64,000 bases of DNA, taken from an uncultured Shimia sp. Lineage in GTDB: Bacteria > Pseudomonadota > Alphaproteobacteria > Rhodobacterales > Rhodobacteraceae. The number at the start of each line of letters is the position of its first letter. Position 1 is the first letter of the stretch. Under the pieces are notes generated by a model. It had not been told where the DNA came from. It made no database searches and saw only the letters and a list, made by a program, of their open reading frames with translations. The stretch spans positions 31,755 to 95,754 of the forward strand of contig CALCOY010000096.1 of NCBI GenBank assembly GCA_937897325.1, in the 5' to 3' direction. Made by a program: the position numbers and the translations under genes. This document shows positions 47,328-57,634 of this stretch, piece after piece.

Positions 47328-47942
47328 ATGACAGAACCGCATAAAGTCAATCCGATCCTCAAGCAGGTGCTCGAACTGGGCCCGCCCATTGTGTTTTTCC
47401 TCATCTATCTGCGGATCCGGGATGAAACCTATATCCTTGGCGGAACGGAGTATTCGGGCTTCATCGTTGCAACGCTGATCTTTGTGCCGATCCTGCTTGT
47501 GGCGATGGCCGTCCTTTGGGCTTTGACGGGTAAGCTGAGCCGGATGCAGATCTTCACCGCATTCATGGTGATCTTCTTTGGCGCGCTCACGGCGTGGTTC
47601 AATGATGAACGCTTCTTCAAGATGAAAACCAGCATCGTTTACGGTTTGTTTGCCGGCCTTTTGGGTATCGGGCTTTTGCGCGGGCAAAGCTGGCTCGCTG
47701 TTGTGCTGAACGAGGCGATGCCGATGCAGGACGAAGGCTGGATGATCCTAACGCGCCGTCTGTTCTGGTGCTTTCTGGGACTGGCCGTCGCCAACGAGAT
47801 TATCTGGCGTACGATGTCAACGGACACATGGGTCAAGATCGAAACCTTTGGTTTTCCGATTGTATTGGTGGGTTTTCTCTTTTGGCAGATCACGGCGCTG
47901 CAAGGCTACCTGATCGAGCCTGAAACCGACGCTGAAGGCTGA
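47328..47942 (+). CDS. yciB: Inner membrane-spanning septation protein YciB/IspZ
   Basis: The 204-aa product has five TM segments. PPIVFFLIY...FKMKTSIVYGLFA is typical of the family. Confidence 0.82.
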   Translation: MTEPHKVNPILKQVLELGPPIVFFLIYLRIRDETYILGGTEYSGFIVATLIFVPILLVAMAVLWALTGKLSRMQIFTAFMVIFFGALTAWFNDERFFKMKTSIVYGLFAGLLGIGLLRGQSWLAVVLNEAMPMQDEGWMILTRRLFWCFLGLAVANEIIWRTMSTDTWVKIETFGFPIVLVGFLFWQITALQGYLIEPETDAEG

Positions 47943-47948
47943 TTCGAT

Positions 47949-48881
47949 CTAAATCGCCTTTTCGAATCGATCAGCCGCCGCATTGTGGTTGAAGCGCGGC
48001 AAGAAACGGGACCAACGCGGATCCAAACCATTGGGCACGCCCGCGTGCAGACGCGGGAGACTTAGCCGTTTCACGTCGCGCAGTGCGGCATTGTAAAAGC
48101 GCAGTGCACCGGGCCTTGTATATCCTGACCAATGGCAGCATATCCGCTGCGAGGCGGCAATGGGCGCGCCTAGATCTGACAGATGATCCAGAGTTGTCTG
48201 GCAATCCAGTTGCAGATTGACCGCATTCGGCAGGTCGAGCCCCGACCCCATTGCTTTGTCCTGCGCGCCTGCTGGCATAATGCACTCAAACAATGCATCA
48301 AAAAGATCGTTTTCCCGGGTCAGGACGTTTATCAGTTCTGCTGAACGTCCGGCGTCCGTTTGCATAGCTTCTGTGGCCCGGCGCTGGTAGCTCGCGCCGG
48401 TCAAAGCAATGATGCGGTCAACACTTCGTGCGGGCAGGGCATGCAAGGCATCGAAGACGACCTCTGATCCCATGGAATGGCTGATAAGGTGGATTGCCCG
48501 CCGCGGTGCTACACTGCGTATAAGGTCGATTACCTCGGCCAAATGGCGTCCTGCGGCGCTTGCAGATCTCTGCGCCCGCCAGATGTTGCCTCGCGCGCGC
48601 CAGCCAAAGGCAATGGCCAGGCCCTCATCCTCGTGCCCCATGCCGAAGCCCAGGTGTCTTGGCCACGGTACCTTATCGGTTCGACCAAGATGTGGCTGGC
48701 GGGCGAAAATTGTGGCATGCGGGTCGCACGACAAATGGTCGGGATCATATTTGAAGCCGTGGATCATGACGATCACTGGACCGGTGCCTCGGGCAGCTGA
48801 AATGATGGCCGGAAGAGGGGCGGCAGGGGAGCCATGCAGGACAAGACCATTTTCACCGGCATTCAGTCTTAGGATCGGCAT
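47949..48881 (-). CDS. Alpha/beta hydrolase-fold protein (uncharacterised)
   Basis: The 310-aa product has VIVMIHGF and a nucleophile elbow (SHSMGS). Confidence 0.6.
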   Translation of the reverse strand: MPILRLNAGENGLVLHGSPAAPLPAIISAARGTGPVIVMIHGFKYDPDHLSCDPHATIFARQPHLGRTDKVPWPRHLGFGMGHEDEGLAIAFGWRARGNIWRAQRSASAAGRHLAEVIDLIRSVAPRRAIHLISHSMGSEVVFDALHALPARSVDRIIALTGASYQRRATEAMQTDAGRSAELINVLTRENDLFDALFECIMPAGAQDKAMGSGLDLPNAVNLQLDCQTTLDHLSDLGAPIAASQRICCHWSGYTRPGALRFYNAALRDVKRLSLPRLHAGVPNGLDPRWSRFLPRFNHNAAADRFEKAI

Positions 48882-48994
48882 TGCGACACCTCACTACATG
48901 TAGTGGCCTCCCTATGAACAACACCTATGACGCCGCCATGAAATTTCGGTTACAGCACCGTGACGGTGTTGACGTGCAAGACCCCTGAGCCTAT

Positions 48995-49055
48995 TCCGCT
49001 GATGTGGTGATTTGTTACCGGATTGCGGGCCACGTAAAACATTCCGCTAAAAGGT
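48995..49055 (+). promoter_or_regulatory. Probable SAM-II (metA-motif) riboswitch in the metZ leader
   Basis: The leader reads CGCUGAUGUGGUGAUUUGUUACCGGAUUGCGGGCCACGUAAAACAUUCCGCUAAAAGG. It has a GUGGU/GCCAC stem, a loop with GAUUUG and UUGCGG, and a 3' CCGCUAAAA that can pair with the loop GCGG. These are the SAM-II hallmarks as I remember them. A possible promoter is TTGACG (48969) N17 TATTCC. Confidence 0.6.
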
Positions 49056-49061
49056 CAGGAC

Positions 49062-49104
49062 GAAACCCCCTTTCGCTTGACCCTTGCGACCGGGGGTTTT
49101 TTGT
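49062..49104 (+). terminator. Intrinsic terminator acting as the riboswitch expression platform
   Basis: AAACCCCC...(inner TCGC/GCGA)...GGGGGTTT is followed by TTTTG. It lies 37 nt before the metZ ATG. Confidence 0.7.
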
Positions 49105-49140
49105 GGCCTGGCCCCGTCCCTCAGGCCCGTTGGAGCGACC

Positions 49141-50334
49141 ATGACCGACACATGGAACAAACGCACGCGCGCCGTGCATGCCGGAACCCGGCGCAGCCAG
49201 TATGGTGAAGTGTCCGAGGCGATATTTCTAACCCAAGGCTTTGTCTACGACAGCGCTGAACAGGCCGAAGTCCGCTTCATAGAAACCGGCCCTGACGAAT
49301 TTATCTATGCGCGCTATGGCAACCCGACTGTGGCCATGTTCGAAGAGCGAATCGCGGCGTTGGAAGGTGCTGAGGACGCCTTTGCCACAGCGTCAGGGAT
49401 GGCGGCTGTATCGGGCGCGCTGACCTCAATGCTGAAAGCGGGCGATCGCGTGGTGTCATCTCGCGCGCTTTTCGGGTCGTGTCTTTATGTGCTCGAAGAA
49501 ATTCTGACGCGCTACGGAGTCGAGGTTGTCTTTGTCGACGGCACCGACCTGGATCAGTGGAAGGCCGCGATCACACCTGGCACAAAGGCTGTATTCTTCG
49601 AGTCCATTTCGAACCCAACACTTGAAGTCATTGATATTGAGGCTGTATCAGCGTTGGCCCATGCGGCTGAGGCCAAGGTTCTGGTCGACAACGTTTTTGC
49701 CACGCCCGTCTTTTCGGATGCCATTGCACAGGGCGCCGATGTGGTCATCTATTCGGCCACAAAGCACATTGACGGGCAGGGCCGCACCCTGGGTGGCGTG
49801 ATCTTGGGCACTCGAGAGTTTATCCGCAAAACGGTTGAACCCTACATGAAACACACCGGTGGGTCCATGTCGCCTTTCACCGCCTGGATCATGCTGAAGG
49901 GCCTTGAAACAATGGATCTGCGCGTGCGCGCCCAGGCAAAGACGGCCCATGTGCTGGCAGAAGAGATCAAGGATCATCCGGCCCTTCAGCACGTTATTTA
50001 TCCCGGTCTCGCCTCCCATGCGCAGAACGATTTGATCCAGCGCCAGATGAACGGCCAGGGCGGGACGCTTCTGGCTTTCGATCTAACGGGGGGACAGGCT
50101 GCGGCATTTCGCTTCCTGAATGCCCTGCGGATCGCGGTCATCTCCAACAATCTTGGCGATGCGAAATCCATCCTCACCCATCCTGCAACGACGACCCACC
50201 AGCGTTTGCCGCAAGATCAGAAAGATGTTCTTGGGATCACACCCGGTCTGGTCCGCATGTCGGTGGGTCTGGAAGACAGCCGTGATTTGATCGGCGACAT
50301 TCGTCAGGCTTTGAACGCTGCAGAAGGTGACTGA
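49141..50334 (+). CDS. metZ: O-succinylhomoserine sulfhydrylase
   Basis: From MTDTWNKRTRAVHAG, the sequences GEVSEAIFLTQGFVYDSAEQAE and SATKHIDGQGR (PLP-Lys) are present. The product is 397 aa. Confidence 0.9.
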   Translation: MTDTWNKRTRAVHAGTRRSQYGEVSEAIFLTQGFVYDSAEQAEVRFIETGPDEFIYARYGNPTVAMFEERIAALEGAEDAFATASGMAAVSGALTSMLKAGDRVVSSRALFGSCLYVLEEILTRYGVEVVFVDGTDLDQWKAAITPGTKAVFFESISNPTLEVIDIEAVSALAHAAEAKVLVDNVFATPVFSDAIAQGADVVIYSATKHIDGQGRTLGGVILGTREFIRKTVEPYMKHTGGSMSPFTAWIMLKGLETMDLRVRAQAKTAHVLAEEIKDHPALQHVIYPGLASHAQNDLIQRQMNGQGGTLLAFDLTGGQAAAFRFLNALRIAVISNNLGDAKSILTHPATTTHQRLPQDQKDVLGITPGLVRMSVGLEDSRDLIGDIRQALNAAEGD

Positions 50335-50453
50335 AGAAAGTCTTAAAAAGAGTGATCTAAAGGCAGCTTGGTCGCGTATTCGTGAATGTTGTGGCAAGAG
50401 GCGGAACCTCGCCCTATGTCCAAGTTTCAGATATACGAAAGGGGGGCTACTTT

Positions 50454-51557
50454 ATGAATGTTCATACGCCCGAACTGACTTCAATACCCGAACGCGATGA
50501 GGCCGAAGCGGCGCTGAGCGTACTTCGCCAATGGGCGCAATCGGCCACAAGCACTGAAATCCTTGATCTGGATCCAGCGATTGGGAGGCTTTTGCCGCGC
50601 GGCGATCTGCGCAGCTATCCAAGCTTTTCGCGCAGCTACCCGGACAACTTCTCCGTGGATGCGGAGTACAAGGATACCCTGCCCGATCTGCAAAATGGTC
50701 CCAGCAGCCTGATCCGGGGTGCCAACCAGCAAATCCAGCATGTTGGTATCTCCAACTTCCGGCTGCCCATTCGTTTCCAAACCCGCGACAATGGTGACCT
50801 GACCCTTGAAACGTCTGTAACTGGGTCCGTCAGCTTGGAGGCTGACAAGAAGGGCATCAACATGTCCCGGATCATGCGGTCATTCTACAAGCACGCCGAA
50901 AAGACGTTTAGTTTCGGCGTGATCGAGTCAGCCCTCGATGATTACAAATCTGATCTCGAAAGTTTTGATGCCCGCATTCAGATGCGTTTTAGCTTCCCTG
51001 TGAAAGTTGAAAGTTTGCGGTCGGGTTTGTCCGGCTACCAATATTACGATATCGCGCTTGAACTTGTTGAACAGAAAGGTGTTCGCAAGAAGATCATGCA
51101 CCTCGATTTCGTTTATTCGTCGACCTGTCCCTGTTCACTTGAATTGAGCGAACATGCACGTGCCACGCGTGGGCAGTTGGCGACGCCTCACTCCCAGCGG
51201 TCGGTCGCGCGGCTGTCTGTGGTTCTTGATAATGATGCAGGCACATTGTGGTTTGAGGATTTGATCGAAGCTTGCCGTCGCGCCGTACCGACGGAGACTC
51301 AAGTAATGGTCAAACGCGAAGATGAGCAGGCCTTTGCCGAGTTGAACGCGTCGAACCCCATTTTTGTTGAGGATGCCGCACGGCTATTTTGCGAACAATT
51401 ACTGGCTGATGTGCGTGTCGGAGATTTCCGGATCGTCGCAAGCCATCAGGAAAGCCTGCACAGCCATGATGCCGTTTCCATCCTGACAGAAGGCGACACC
51501 TTTGCATCCGAAAGTTTGGATCCCAAGCTGTTCGATACATTGTTTCACGTTGGGTAG
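50454..51557 (+). CDS. folE2: GTP cyclohydrolase FolE2 (type IB)
   Basis: From MNVHTPELTS (SD AGGGGGG upstream), the sequences IQHVGISNFRLPI and KGINMSRI are present, along with a CPCS context for metal binding. Confidence 0.85.
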   Translation: MNVHTPELTSIPERDEAEAALSVLRQWAQSATSTEILDLDPAIGRLLPRGDLRSYPSFSRSYPDNFSVDAEYKDTLPDLQNGPSSLIRGANQQIQHVGISNFRLPIRFQTRDNGDLTLETSVTGSVSLEADKKGINMSRIMRSFYKHAEKTFSFGVIESALDDYKSDLESFDARIQMRFSFPVKVESLRSGLSGYQYYDIALELVEQKGVRKKIMHLDFVYSSTCPCSLELSEHARATRGQLATPHSQRSVARLSVVLDNDAGTLWFEDLIEACRRAVPTETQVMVKREDEQAFAELNASNPIFVEDAARLFCEQLLADVRVGDFRIVASHQESLHSHDAVSILTEGDTFASESLDPKLFDTLFHVG

Positions 51558-51581
51558 CTGGTAAAACCACTCACAGTCGAA

Positions 51582-51608
51582 GGCGGGCCACGTAGGCCCG
51601 CCTTTTTT
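51582..51608. terminator. Terminator hairpin between convergent folE2 and the alanine symporter gene
   Basis: GGCGGGCC-acgta-GGCCCGCC is followed by TTTTTT. Confidence 0.7.
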
Positions 51609-51610
51609 GT

Positions 51611-53158
51611 TCAATTTTTGTAGGCCTTGATCTCGCCCGAAGCGAGTCGCTCCGAGTAGGACTTCAACTCTTTCCGCACCAGCTTCATCAGGAAGTAAAG
51701 CGCAAGGATGTTGACCACGGCCATGGCGAAGATCGCGGCATCCGAGAAGTCGATGACAGGACCGAGGCTGGCAGACGCGCCAATCACCACGAACACGCAA
51801 AAGATCAGTTTAAAGATCAACTCGCGTGTCGGACCCTCACCTACCAGATAGGTCCAGCTTTTCAGGCCGTAATATGACCAAGAGATCATCGTGGAGAAGG
51901 CAAAAAGAACCACCGCCACAACAAGGACATAGGGGAACCAGCTTATGCCAGACCCGAATGCCGCAGAGGTCAACGCAACGCCGCTTACATCGTTGATGGT
52001 CGCGACTGTGCCGGCCTCATTTAGCTGATAAAGACCGGTTTCTGCATCGATGATCAATTGCTGGGAAATCACGATGACCAGCGCCGTCATGGTGCAGATG
52101 ACGACCGTGTCGATCAGCGGCTCCAGCAGAGATACGAAACCTTCGGTGATGGGTTCTTTCGTTTTGACCGCCGAGTGGGCGATAGCGGCAGATCCAACAC
52201 CGGCCTCGTTCGAGAAGGCTGCCCGGCGGAAGCCTTGGATCAGCGCGCCGACAAAGCCGCCAGCAACGCCAAGCCCCGTGAAGGCGCCCGCGAAGATCTG
52301 ACCGAAAGCCCAACCGATCTTATCATAGTTCACTGCTATGATAACAATCGCCGCGCCGACATAGAGAAGTCCCATGAACGGCACGACCTTTTCCGTGACC
52401 TTGGCGATCGACTTGATCCCCCCGACGATCACCGCAAAGACGACGGCCGCGAAGATAATCCCCGTAATCCAGCCGGGATAGTCGCCCGTGATGCCGGAAA
52501 TTTGCGCGTGGGCCTGGTTGGCCTGGAACATGTTCCCGCCGCCAAGCGCGCCCAGAATACAGAAGACTGCGAAGAGAAAGGCGAGGATCCTGCCGCCTGG
52601 TAGGCCAAGTTCGTCGAAGCCCTTCGACATGTAATACATCGGACCGCCCGACACCGTCCCGTCGGGGTATTCATTTCGGTACTTCACGCCCAAAGTGCAC
52701 TCGGTGAATTTCGACGCCATGCCCAGAAGGCCGGCAAGGATCATCCAGAACGTCGCGCCTGGCCCGCCGATACCGACGGCGACCGCAACGCCCGCGATGT
52801 TGCCCAGACCCACGGTGCCCGATAGGGCGGTGGCCAGCGCCTGAAAGTGGCTGACTTCGCCCGCGTCATTTGGATCCGAATAGTCGCCCTTCACCAGACG
52901 GATCGCGTGGCGGAAGAAGCGGAATTGCACAAATCCGAAATATAGCGTGAAAACCGTTGCTGCGACCACAAGCCACATCACGATCCAAGGAAACTCCGTC
53001 CCCGGGAACGGCGCGAAGATGAAGCTCACGAACGGGCCTGTTGCATCCGCAAAGATCTGGTTGACCCGTGCGTCGATGCTCATCTCTTCTTGTGCCTGGG
53101 CTGCTCCGACACCAAGCGCGATCAGCGACGGCGGAACCAGTAGAATGGATTTTTTCAT
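51611..53158 (-). CDS. Sodium:alanine (AGCS-family) symporter
   Basis: From MKKSILLV, the sequences GEVSHFQALATALSGTVGLGNIAGVA and FSNEAGVGSAAIAH are AGCS signatures. The product is 515 aa. Confidence 0.9.
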   Translation of the reverse strand: MKKSILLVPPSLIALGVGAAQAQEEMSIDARVNQIFADATGPFVSFIFAPFPGTEFPWIVMWLVVAATVFTLYFGFVQFRFFRHAIRLVKGDYSDPNDAGEVSHFQALATALSGTVGLGNIAGVAVAVGIGGPGATFWMILAGLLGMASKFTECTLGVKYRNEYPDGTVSGGPMYYMSKGFDELGLPGGRILAFLFAVFCILGALGGGNMFQANQAHAQISGITGDYPGWITGIIFAAVVFAVIVGGIKSIAKVTEKVVPFMGLLYVGAAIVIIAVNYDKIGWAFGQIFAGAFTGLGVAGGFVGALIQGFRRAAFSNEAGVGSAAIAHSAVKTKEPITEGFVSLLEPLIDTVVICTMTALVIVISQQLIIDAETGLYQLNEAGTVATINDVSGVALTSAAFGSGISWFPYVLVVAVVLFAFSTMISWSYYGLKSWTYLVGEGPTRELIFKLIFCVFVVIGASASLGPVIDFSDAAIFAMAVVNILALYFLMKLVRKELKSYSERLASGEIKAYKN

Positions 53159-53169
53159 AGTATCTCTCC

Positions 53170-53604
53170 TCAGCTGACCACGGTCACGGGGATCGGGGCG
53201 CTCATCACCAGGTTCGATGTCGCGCTGCCAAATATCCGTTGGGTAAAGCCGCCCTCCGAGGATCGGCTGACAATGATCTGTTCTGCCTCTTCCTCTTCCG
53301 CGATTGCGATGATCGTTCCGGCAACATCGCCGTGCCGCACGCGCCCCCGTGCCTTCACGCCGCCAGCCGTTAGCGCTTCCACAGCCGGTGTCACCACCCG
53401 CTCCATTGCTGTGGTTATCTCTTTCTCGCGGCGTTTGTGACGCTCGGCGTTTTCCTCGGCTGTCTGAAATGAATAAGGCGACCATTCGATCACGTAAACG
53501 ACCACCAATTCGCAGACATCAATCAGCCCGGCCATACGTTTGGCAAAAGCCAATGCACGCTCGCCAGAGCTGTGGCCGTCGAGGCCCACAACCAAAGTTG
53601 TCAT
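53170..53604 (-). CDS. Universal stress protein (UspA family)
   Basis: From MTTLVVGLDGHSSGERAL, the sequence VSRSSEGGFTQRIFGSATSNLVMSAPIPVTVV is the Usp C-terminal ATP-binding motif. Confidence 0.8.
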   Translation of the reverse strand: MTTLVVGLDGHSSGERALAFAKRMAGLIDVCELVVVYVIEWSPYSFQTAEENAERHKRREKEITTAMERVVTPAVEALTAGGVKARGRVRHGDVAGTIIAIAEEEEAEQIIVSRSSEGGFTQRIFGSATSNLVMSAPIPVTVVS

Positions 53605-53886
53605 AGTCTTTTTCTCCCACCTGTTGCGGTATGCGCACCAATTCCGAGGGAAACCGCCTTCACCCTGTCCCACGATCCGGGATTTTGTGCTGTGTTGACA
53701 CAGTTTTTTGAACGATTGTCCCTCGAGTCCTGATCTTAACCAGAAGGACCGGTCAATGTGCCTGATTCAGTAGCAAAAATAGCCGAAAGACCTGAATCGG
53801 ATCCAAAAACAATGCAAGTGATCGGGCAGGGCGCTCGCCCACCCGGCGAATAAACAACAGACAGCAGGCCTTTCAGCGCACGCAGA

Positions 53887-55686
53887 TCAGTCCCAGCAAC
53901 TGACCAGAACCGTCATACCGGTGGCCGTCGCCGCAAGATCAACGGGGTTCATGGGCGTGCTGCGTTCGGTCTGCGCACCGTTCAGGCCTGCCGCCTCAAG
54001 CACAGACAAGATGCTTGCGCCATCCAAAGCAAAACTCACATCGTCTGGCAAATCCCGCGCGCCATTCTCACGAGGCAAAAGCATCCCGAGAACCGCACCG
54101 GCGCTGTCGAGAACAGGACCGCCCACATCACCCGGAAGAGCAGACAAGGCCAGTCGGTCAACATCGGTCTCGCCGCCCAGGCCCCGCACATCACTCAATG
54201 TGCCCGAAGTGACGGTCGGGGCGTTCAAGACGCCCTCGTAGCTATAGCCCGCCGCCATCACGTCCGAGTTCAACCGCGGCGGGGCCGCCCTGAAACGACC
54301 GATCTGCAATGGGGCCAACCGTGTGGAGGGGCGCAGAACGGCAACGCCCTTGTTGTTGTCGAGGGTTGCGATCTGCGCATCCGTGTCTTCATCCAGCGTG
54401 ATCCGCGTGCAGCTTTGCACGGCCTCAGTGCTGGTTACGACTGTTCCGTCGCGATCCACGAAAAAGCCTGACCTTGACAAGCGGGGAGAGCGGATTTGAA
54501 GGCCTGCCACCAGATCGATCGCCTGGTCCAGATCAGCCCCGGCTGCGTCCTCGAGCACACCGTCGATGCGGGCAAAGCTCTCGTCCATTTTGGCCAGAAG
54601 ACGCGTGCGGCGCTCTTCATCCCCAGTGGGCCAAAGCAGTATGTACCCCTTAATCTCGCTGCCCTCGAGACTGGCGCGTGCTTCGGCCACCAAGTCCGAA
54701 TTGCGCCCGGTGATACTAAAGCTTCGGGTGTTGCGTTCGCGCGGACCTTCCAGAGGCATCAATTCAAGCGTCTGAAGAATGTCATAAAGACCCGCAAGCG
54801 TCGTTTGATCTCCGCTTTGCGAAATCAGCAGAACCTTCGCCTCTTTCACATCATCCGTAGCATCGAAATGTGCGAAAGGCGCTTGGTAGCGGTCGAATGA
54901 GACCACGTCGAGAGGCAATTCCATTGCAATGCCTGTGCGGCTATCCTGCACAAGCTCAAGTCCGAGACCTTCGAGAACGGCATTGTATTGCTTGATCAAG
55001 GCGGCGCGCTGCAACGTCGTCAGGACACCGGTGACTTCGAAGTTGTTGGCTTGTTGCCAGGCCTGCATGGCGCCGCGCGTGCCGCGTCCATATGCACCAT
55101 CAATCGCGCCCTGGTAAAAGCCGGCCCATTGCAGCGCAATCTGCAGATCTTTCTTTTCATCCCGGCTGAGCGACCGTTCGCTCCGCTGCGCTTCGGTCCT
55201 TGTCTCATCCGGTTGCTGGATCTGGATTGTTTGAGAGTCCGGCTCGACGCGTGGTGTCGGATCTGGACTGTCGAAAGGCTCTTGGATGATGTCGTTGTCG
55301 CCGCGTTCCACGGGAATGGCTTCCAGGACCGTTCCCCGTCCCAGCACGTCCTCACCGCGTGGCCAGAATTGCGGGCCAAGCCGTTCCGAAAACGTGATAA
55401 AACTGTCTCTTGGGATCACGCCCTCGCTCCGATACACGCGCAACACCTGTTCGGCATCCGCCCGCGCATAGGGCCCGAGTACGATGCCAAACCACCCCCG
55501 GCCGACAGAAAACCCGTTCACGTCAGGCACAGTCGCGGCATAAGCCCGCACCCGCTCTGTTGCCTGAGCAATATTTGGTTGCGCTTCGACCTGTACCCAA
55601 ACCACCTCGTCATTGTCTTGCTGGGCGACAGCCATGTGGCCCAATCCCAGCAGACCGAGGATCAAAACAATATAAACTCTGCGCAT
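53887..55686 (-). CDS. Secreted SPOR-like + peptidoglycan-binding (PG_binding_1) protein with a degenerate trypsin-like domain
   Basis: The start is at [22 protein letters not shown] (signal peptide). A SPOR-like segment (VWVQVEAQP...[10 protein letters not shown]) follows. The PG-binding repeat is [31 protein letters not shown]. The C-terminal S1-like fold has TSTEAV, GVAVLR and GDVGGP in place of the His, Asp and Ser motifs. Confidence 0.7.
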   Translation of the reverse strand: MRRVYIVLILGLLGLGHMAVAQQDNDEVVWVQVEAQPNIAQATERVRAYAATVPDVNGFSVGRGWFGIVLGPYARADAEQVLRVYRSEGVIPRDSFITFSERLGPQFWPRGEDVLGRGTVLEAIPVERGDNDIIQEPFDSPDPTPRVEPDSQTIQIQQPDETRTEAQRSERSLSRDEKKDLQIALQWAGFYQGAIDGAYGRGTRGAMQAWQQANNFEVTGVLTTLQRAALIKQYNAVLEGLGLELVQDSRTGIAMELPLDVVSFDRYQAPFAHFDATDDVKEAKVLLISQSGDQTTLAGLYDILQTLELMPLEGPRERNTRSFSITGRNSDLVAEARASLEGSEIKGYILLWPTGDEERRTRLLAKMDESFARIDGVLEDAAGADLDQAIDLVAGLQIRSPRLSRSGFFVDRDGTVVTSTEAVQSCTRITLDEDTDAQIATLDNNKGVAVLRPSTRLAPLQIGRFRAAPPRLNSDVMAAGYSYEGVLNAPTVTSGTLSDVRGLGGETDVDRLALSALPGDVGGPVLDSAGAVLGMLLPRENGARDLPDDVSFALDGASILSVLEAAGLNGAQTERSTPMNPVDLAATATGMTVLVSCWD

Positions 55687-55845
55687 TCGGGGCCATCTCC
55701 GCGAATTGTCCATGCGTGGCGTACAATAAGCAGGAATTCGCGCAAGAGAAAATGGGGCCGAGCGCGGAAAAGAATGGTTGTGGCGCAATTGACGATATGT
55801 CGGGGCGGGCTTAGGAACGGCGCGCAATCAGACCGGACTGATCCG

Positions 55846-56766
55846 ATGACCGACACGCCGCGTTCCTTTCAGGAAATCATCCTCAGGCTTCAGAGCTATT
55901 GGGCCGCGAAAGGCTGCGTGGTTTTGCAGCCCTATGATATGGAGGTGGGGGCGGGGACCTTCCACCCGGCAACAACCCTGCGCAGCCTCGGTACGCAGCC
56001 CTGGTCAGCAGCCTACGTTCAACCCTCCCGTCGGCCGACCGATGGGCGCTATGGCGACAGCCCCAATCGCTGGCAGCATTACTATCAGTATCAGGTCATC
56101 ATCAAACCCAGCCCGCCGAATCTGCAGGATCTGTACCTAGGTTCGCTGGAAGCGATCGGAATTGATATGGAGTTACACGACATTCGCTTTGTTGAAGACG
56201 ACTGGGAAAGTCCGACACTGGGCGCATGGGGGCTGGGCTGGGAGGTCTGGTGCGATGGCATGGAGGTCAGCCAGTTCACCTATTTCCAGCAGGTCGGCGG
56301 ACATGATTGCCACCCTGTTTCGGGAGAGCTGACCTACGGCCTTGAACGTCTTGCGATGTACATCCTCGGCCACGACGACGGCAATGAGATGCCCTTCAAC
56401 GATCCGAAATGTCCGATCCCTTTGACATATGGTGACGTTTTCCGCGAGGCGGAGGCGCAATATGCCCGCTGGAACTTCGACGTGGCCGATACCGATCTGT
56501 TGCTACAGCACTTCAAGGATGCAGAGGCCGAATGCGCCCGCATCCTCGAACAGCCCGCTGTTGACCCGAAAGTTGGGCGTCGTATCGTCATGGCGCAACC
56601 GGCCTATGACCAATGCATCAAGGCCAGCCACATCTTCAATCTGCTTGATGCGAGGGGCGTGATTTCAGTCACCGAAAGGCAGGCCTATATCGGTCGTGTC
56701 CGCGCGCTGGCCAAACGCTGTGCGGATGCGTTCGTGCAGACCCCCGCCGGGGGCTGGGCTGCATGA
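55846..56766 (+). CDS. glyQ: Glycine--tRNA ligase alpha subunit
   Basis: [20 protein letters not shown]...GAGTFHPAT...[14 protein letters not shown] is diagnostic. The product is 306 aa. Confidence 0.95.
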   Translation: MTDTPRSFQEIILRLQSYWAAKGCVVLQPYDMEVGAGTFHPATTLRSLGTQPWSAAYVQPSRRPTDGRYGDSPNRWQHYYQYQVIIKPSPPNLQDLYLGSLEAIGIDMELHDIRFVEDDWESPTLGAWGLGWEVWCDGMEVSQFTYFQQVGGHDCHPVSGELTYGLERLAMYILGHDDGNEMPFNDPKCPIPLTYGDVFREAEAQYARWNFDVADTDLLLQHFKDAEAECARILEQPAVDPKVGRRIVMAQPAYDQCIKASHIFNLLDARGVISVTERQAYIGRVRALAKRCADAFVQTPAGGWAA

Positions 56767-57122
56767 ATTACGTCAACGCCACACCGGTCTTGCGCGTTTC
56801 GGACTATCAACGCGCCAAGGCCTTTTACATGGAAGTCCTGGGGTTCGAACAATTCGACGAAGCGGGCGAACCGGAACCGGGCTTCGGCATCTTCCGCGCT
56901 GGCCAAGCGCAGATATTTCTGCATTCCTGGGATGGTGCCGAAGCCCCTTGGGACGGTTGGCGCGGCTATTTTTACGCCCCGGATCTTGATACATTGATCG
57001 CCCAACTTAGAGGTCTGGGCCAGTCTTTCAAAGGACCCGAGGTGACCTTCTACAAGATGCGCGAAATTGAGGTTATTGATCCGGATGGCAACGTTCTCTG
57101 TTTCGGGCAGGATGCTCAATGA
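56763..57122 (+). CDS. VOC-family (glyoxalase/bleomycin-resistance fold) protein
   Basis: The 119-aa product reads [21 protein letters not shown]...[12 protein letters not shown]. It has ATGA overlaps at both ends. Confidence 0.78.
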   Translation: MNYVNATPVLRVSDYQRAKAFYMEVLGFEQFDEAGEPEPGFGIFRAGQAQIFLHSWDGAEAPWDGWRGYFYAPDLDTLIAQLRGLGQSFKGPEVTFYKMREIEVIDPDGNVLCFGQDAQ

Positions 57123-57634
57123 GCGGCAAGGTCGTAGGTATCTTTCTCATGCTTTCGGGTCTGATCGCGGGCGTTTCACTTTACTATCTTCAGGTCTACG
57201 CGTTTTATGAAGAAGTCAAAGCTGACGAGATCAGCCTTGTCTCGCTCGCCACCGAAACGTCCGAGCCCATCCTGGCAGATGATATCCAGGCCATTGATGC
57301 GGACAGCTCGCCCATCCGCTTTCGCGCCTGCTTCACAACAGATCAAAGCCTGGCGGCGCTTACCGAAAGTTACGTGATGCGTGACGACGCCGAGCCGCGC
57401 AATGCCCCCAGCTGGTTTGACTGCTTTGACGCGGAAGCCATAGCGACCGAACTAAAGTCCGGTACTGCCCTCGCTTTTCTCGGCGAAAAGAACGTCGATT
57501 TCGGCGTCGACCGCGTGGTTGCTGTCACTGAGGACGGGCGCGGCTATGTTTGGCACGAACTGAATGATTGCGGTGAAAAAGCCTATGATGGGACTATCGT
57601 GGGTGAAGAATGCCCCGAACGGGACGACGAATAA
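57119..57634 (+). CDS. Membrane-anchored hypothetical protein (single N-terminal TM)
   Basis: The 171-aa product has one TM (VVGIFLMLSGLIAGVSLYYL) and then an acidic soluble domain with four Cys residues. Its stop overlaps the glyS ATG (TAATG). Confidence 0.55.
   Translation: MSGKVVGIFLMLSGLIAGVSLYYLQVYAFYEEVKADEISLVSLATETSEPILADDIQAIDADSSPIRFRACFTTDQSLAALTESYVMRDDAEPRNAPSWFDCFDAEAIATELKSGTALAFLGEKNVDFGVDRVVAVTEDGRGYVWHELNDCGEKAYDGTIVGEECPERDDE

Noticed and set aside
53690-53703. CTGTG-TTGA-CACAG palindrome upstream of the usp gene, considered as a CRP/FNR-type box.
   Set aside because: It does not match TTGAT-N4-ATCAA or TGTGA-N6-TCACA spacing. It is short enough to occur by chance.
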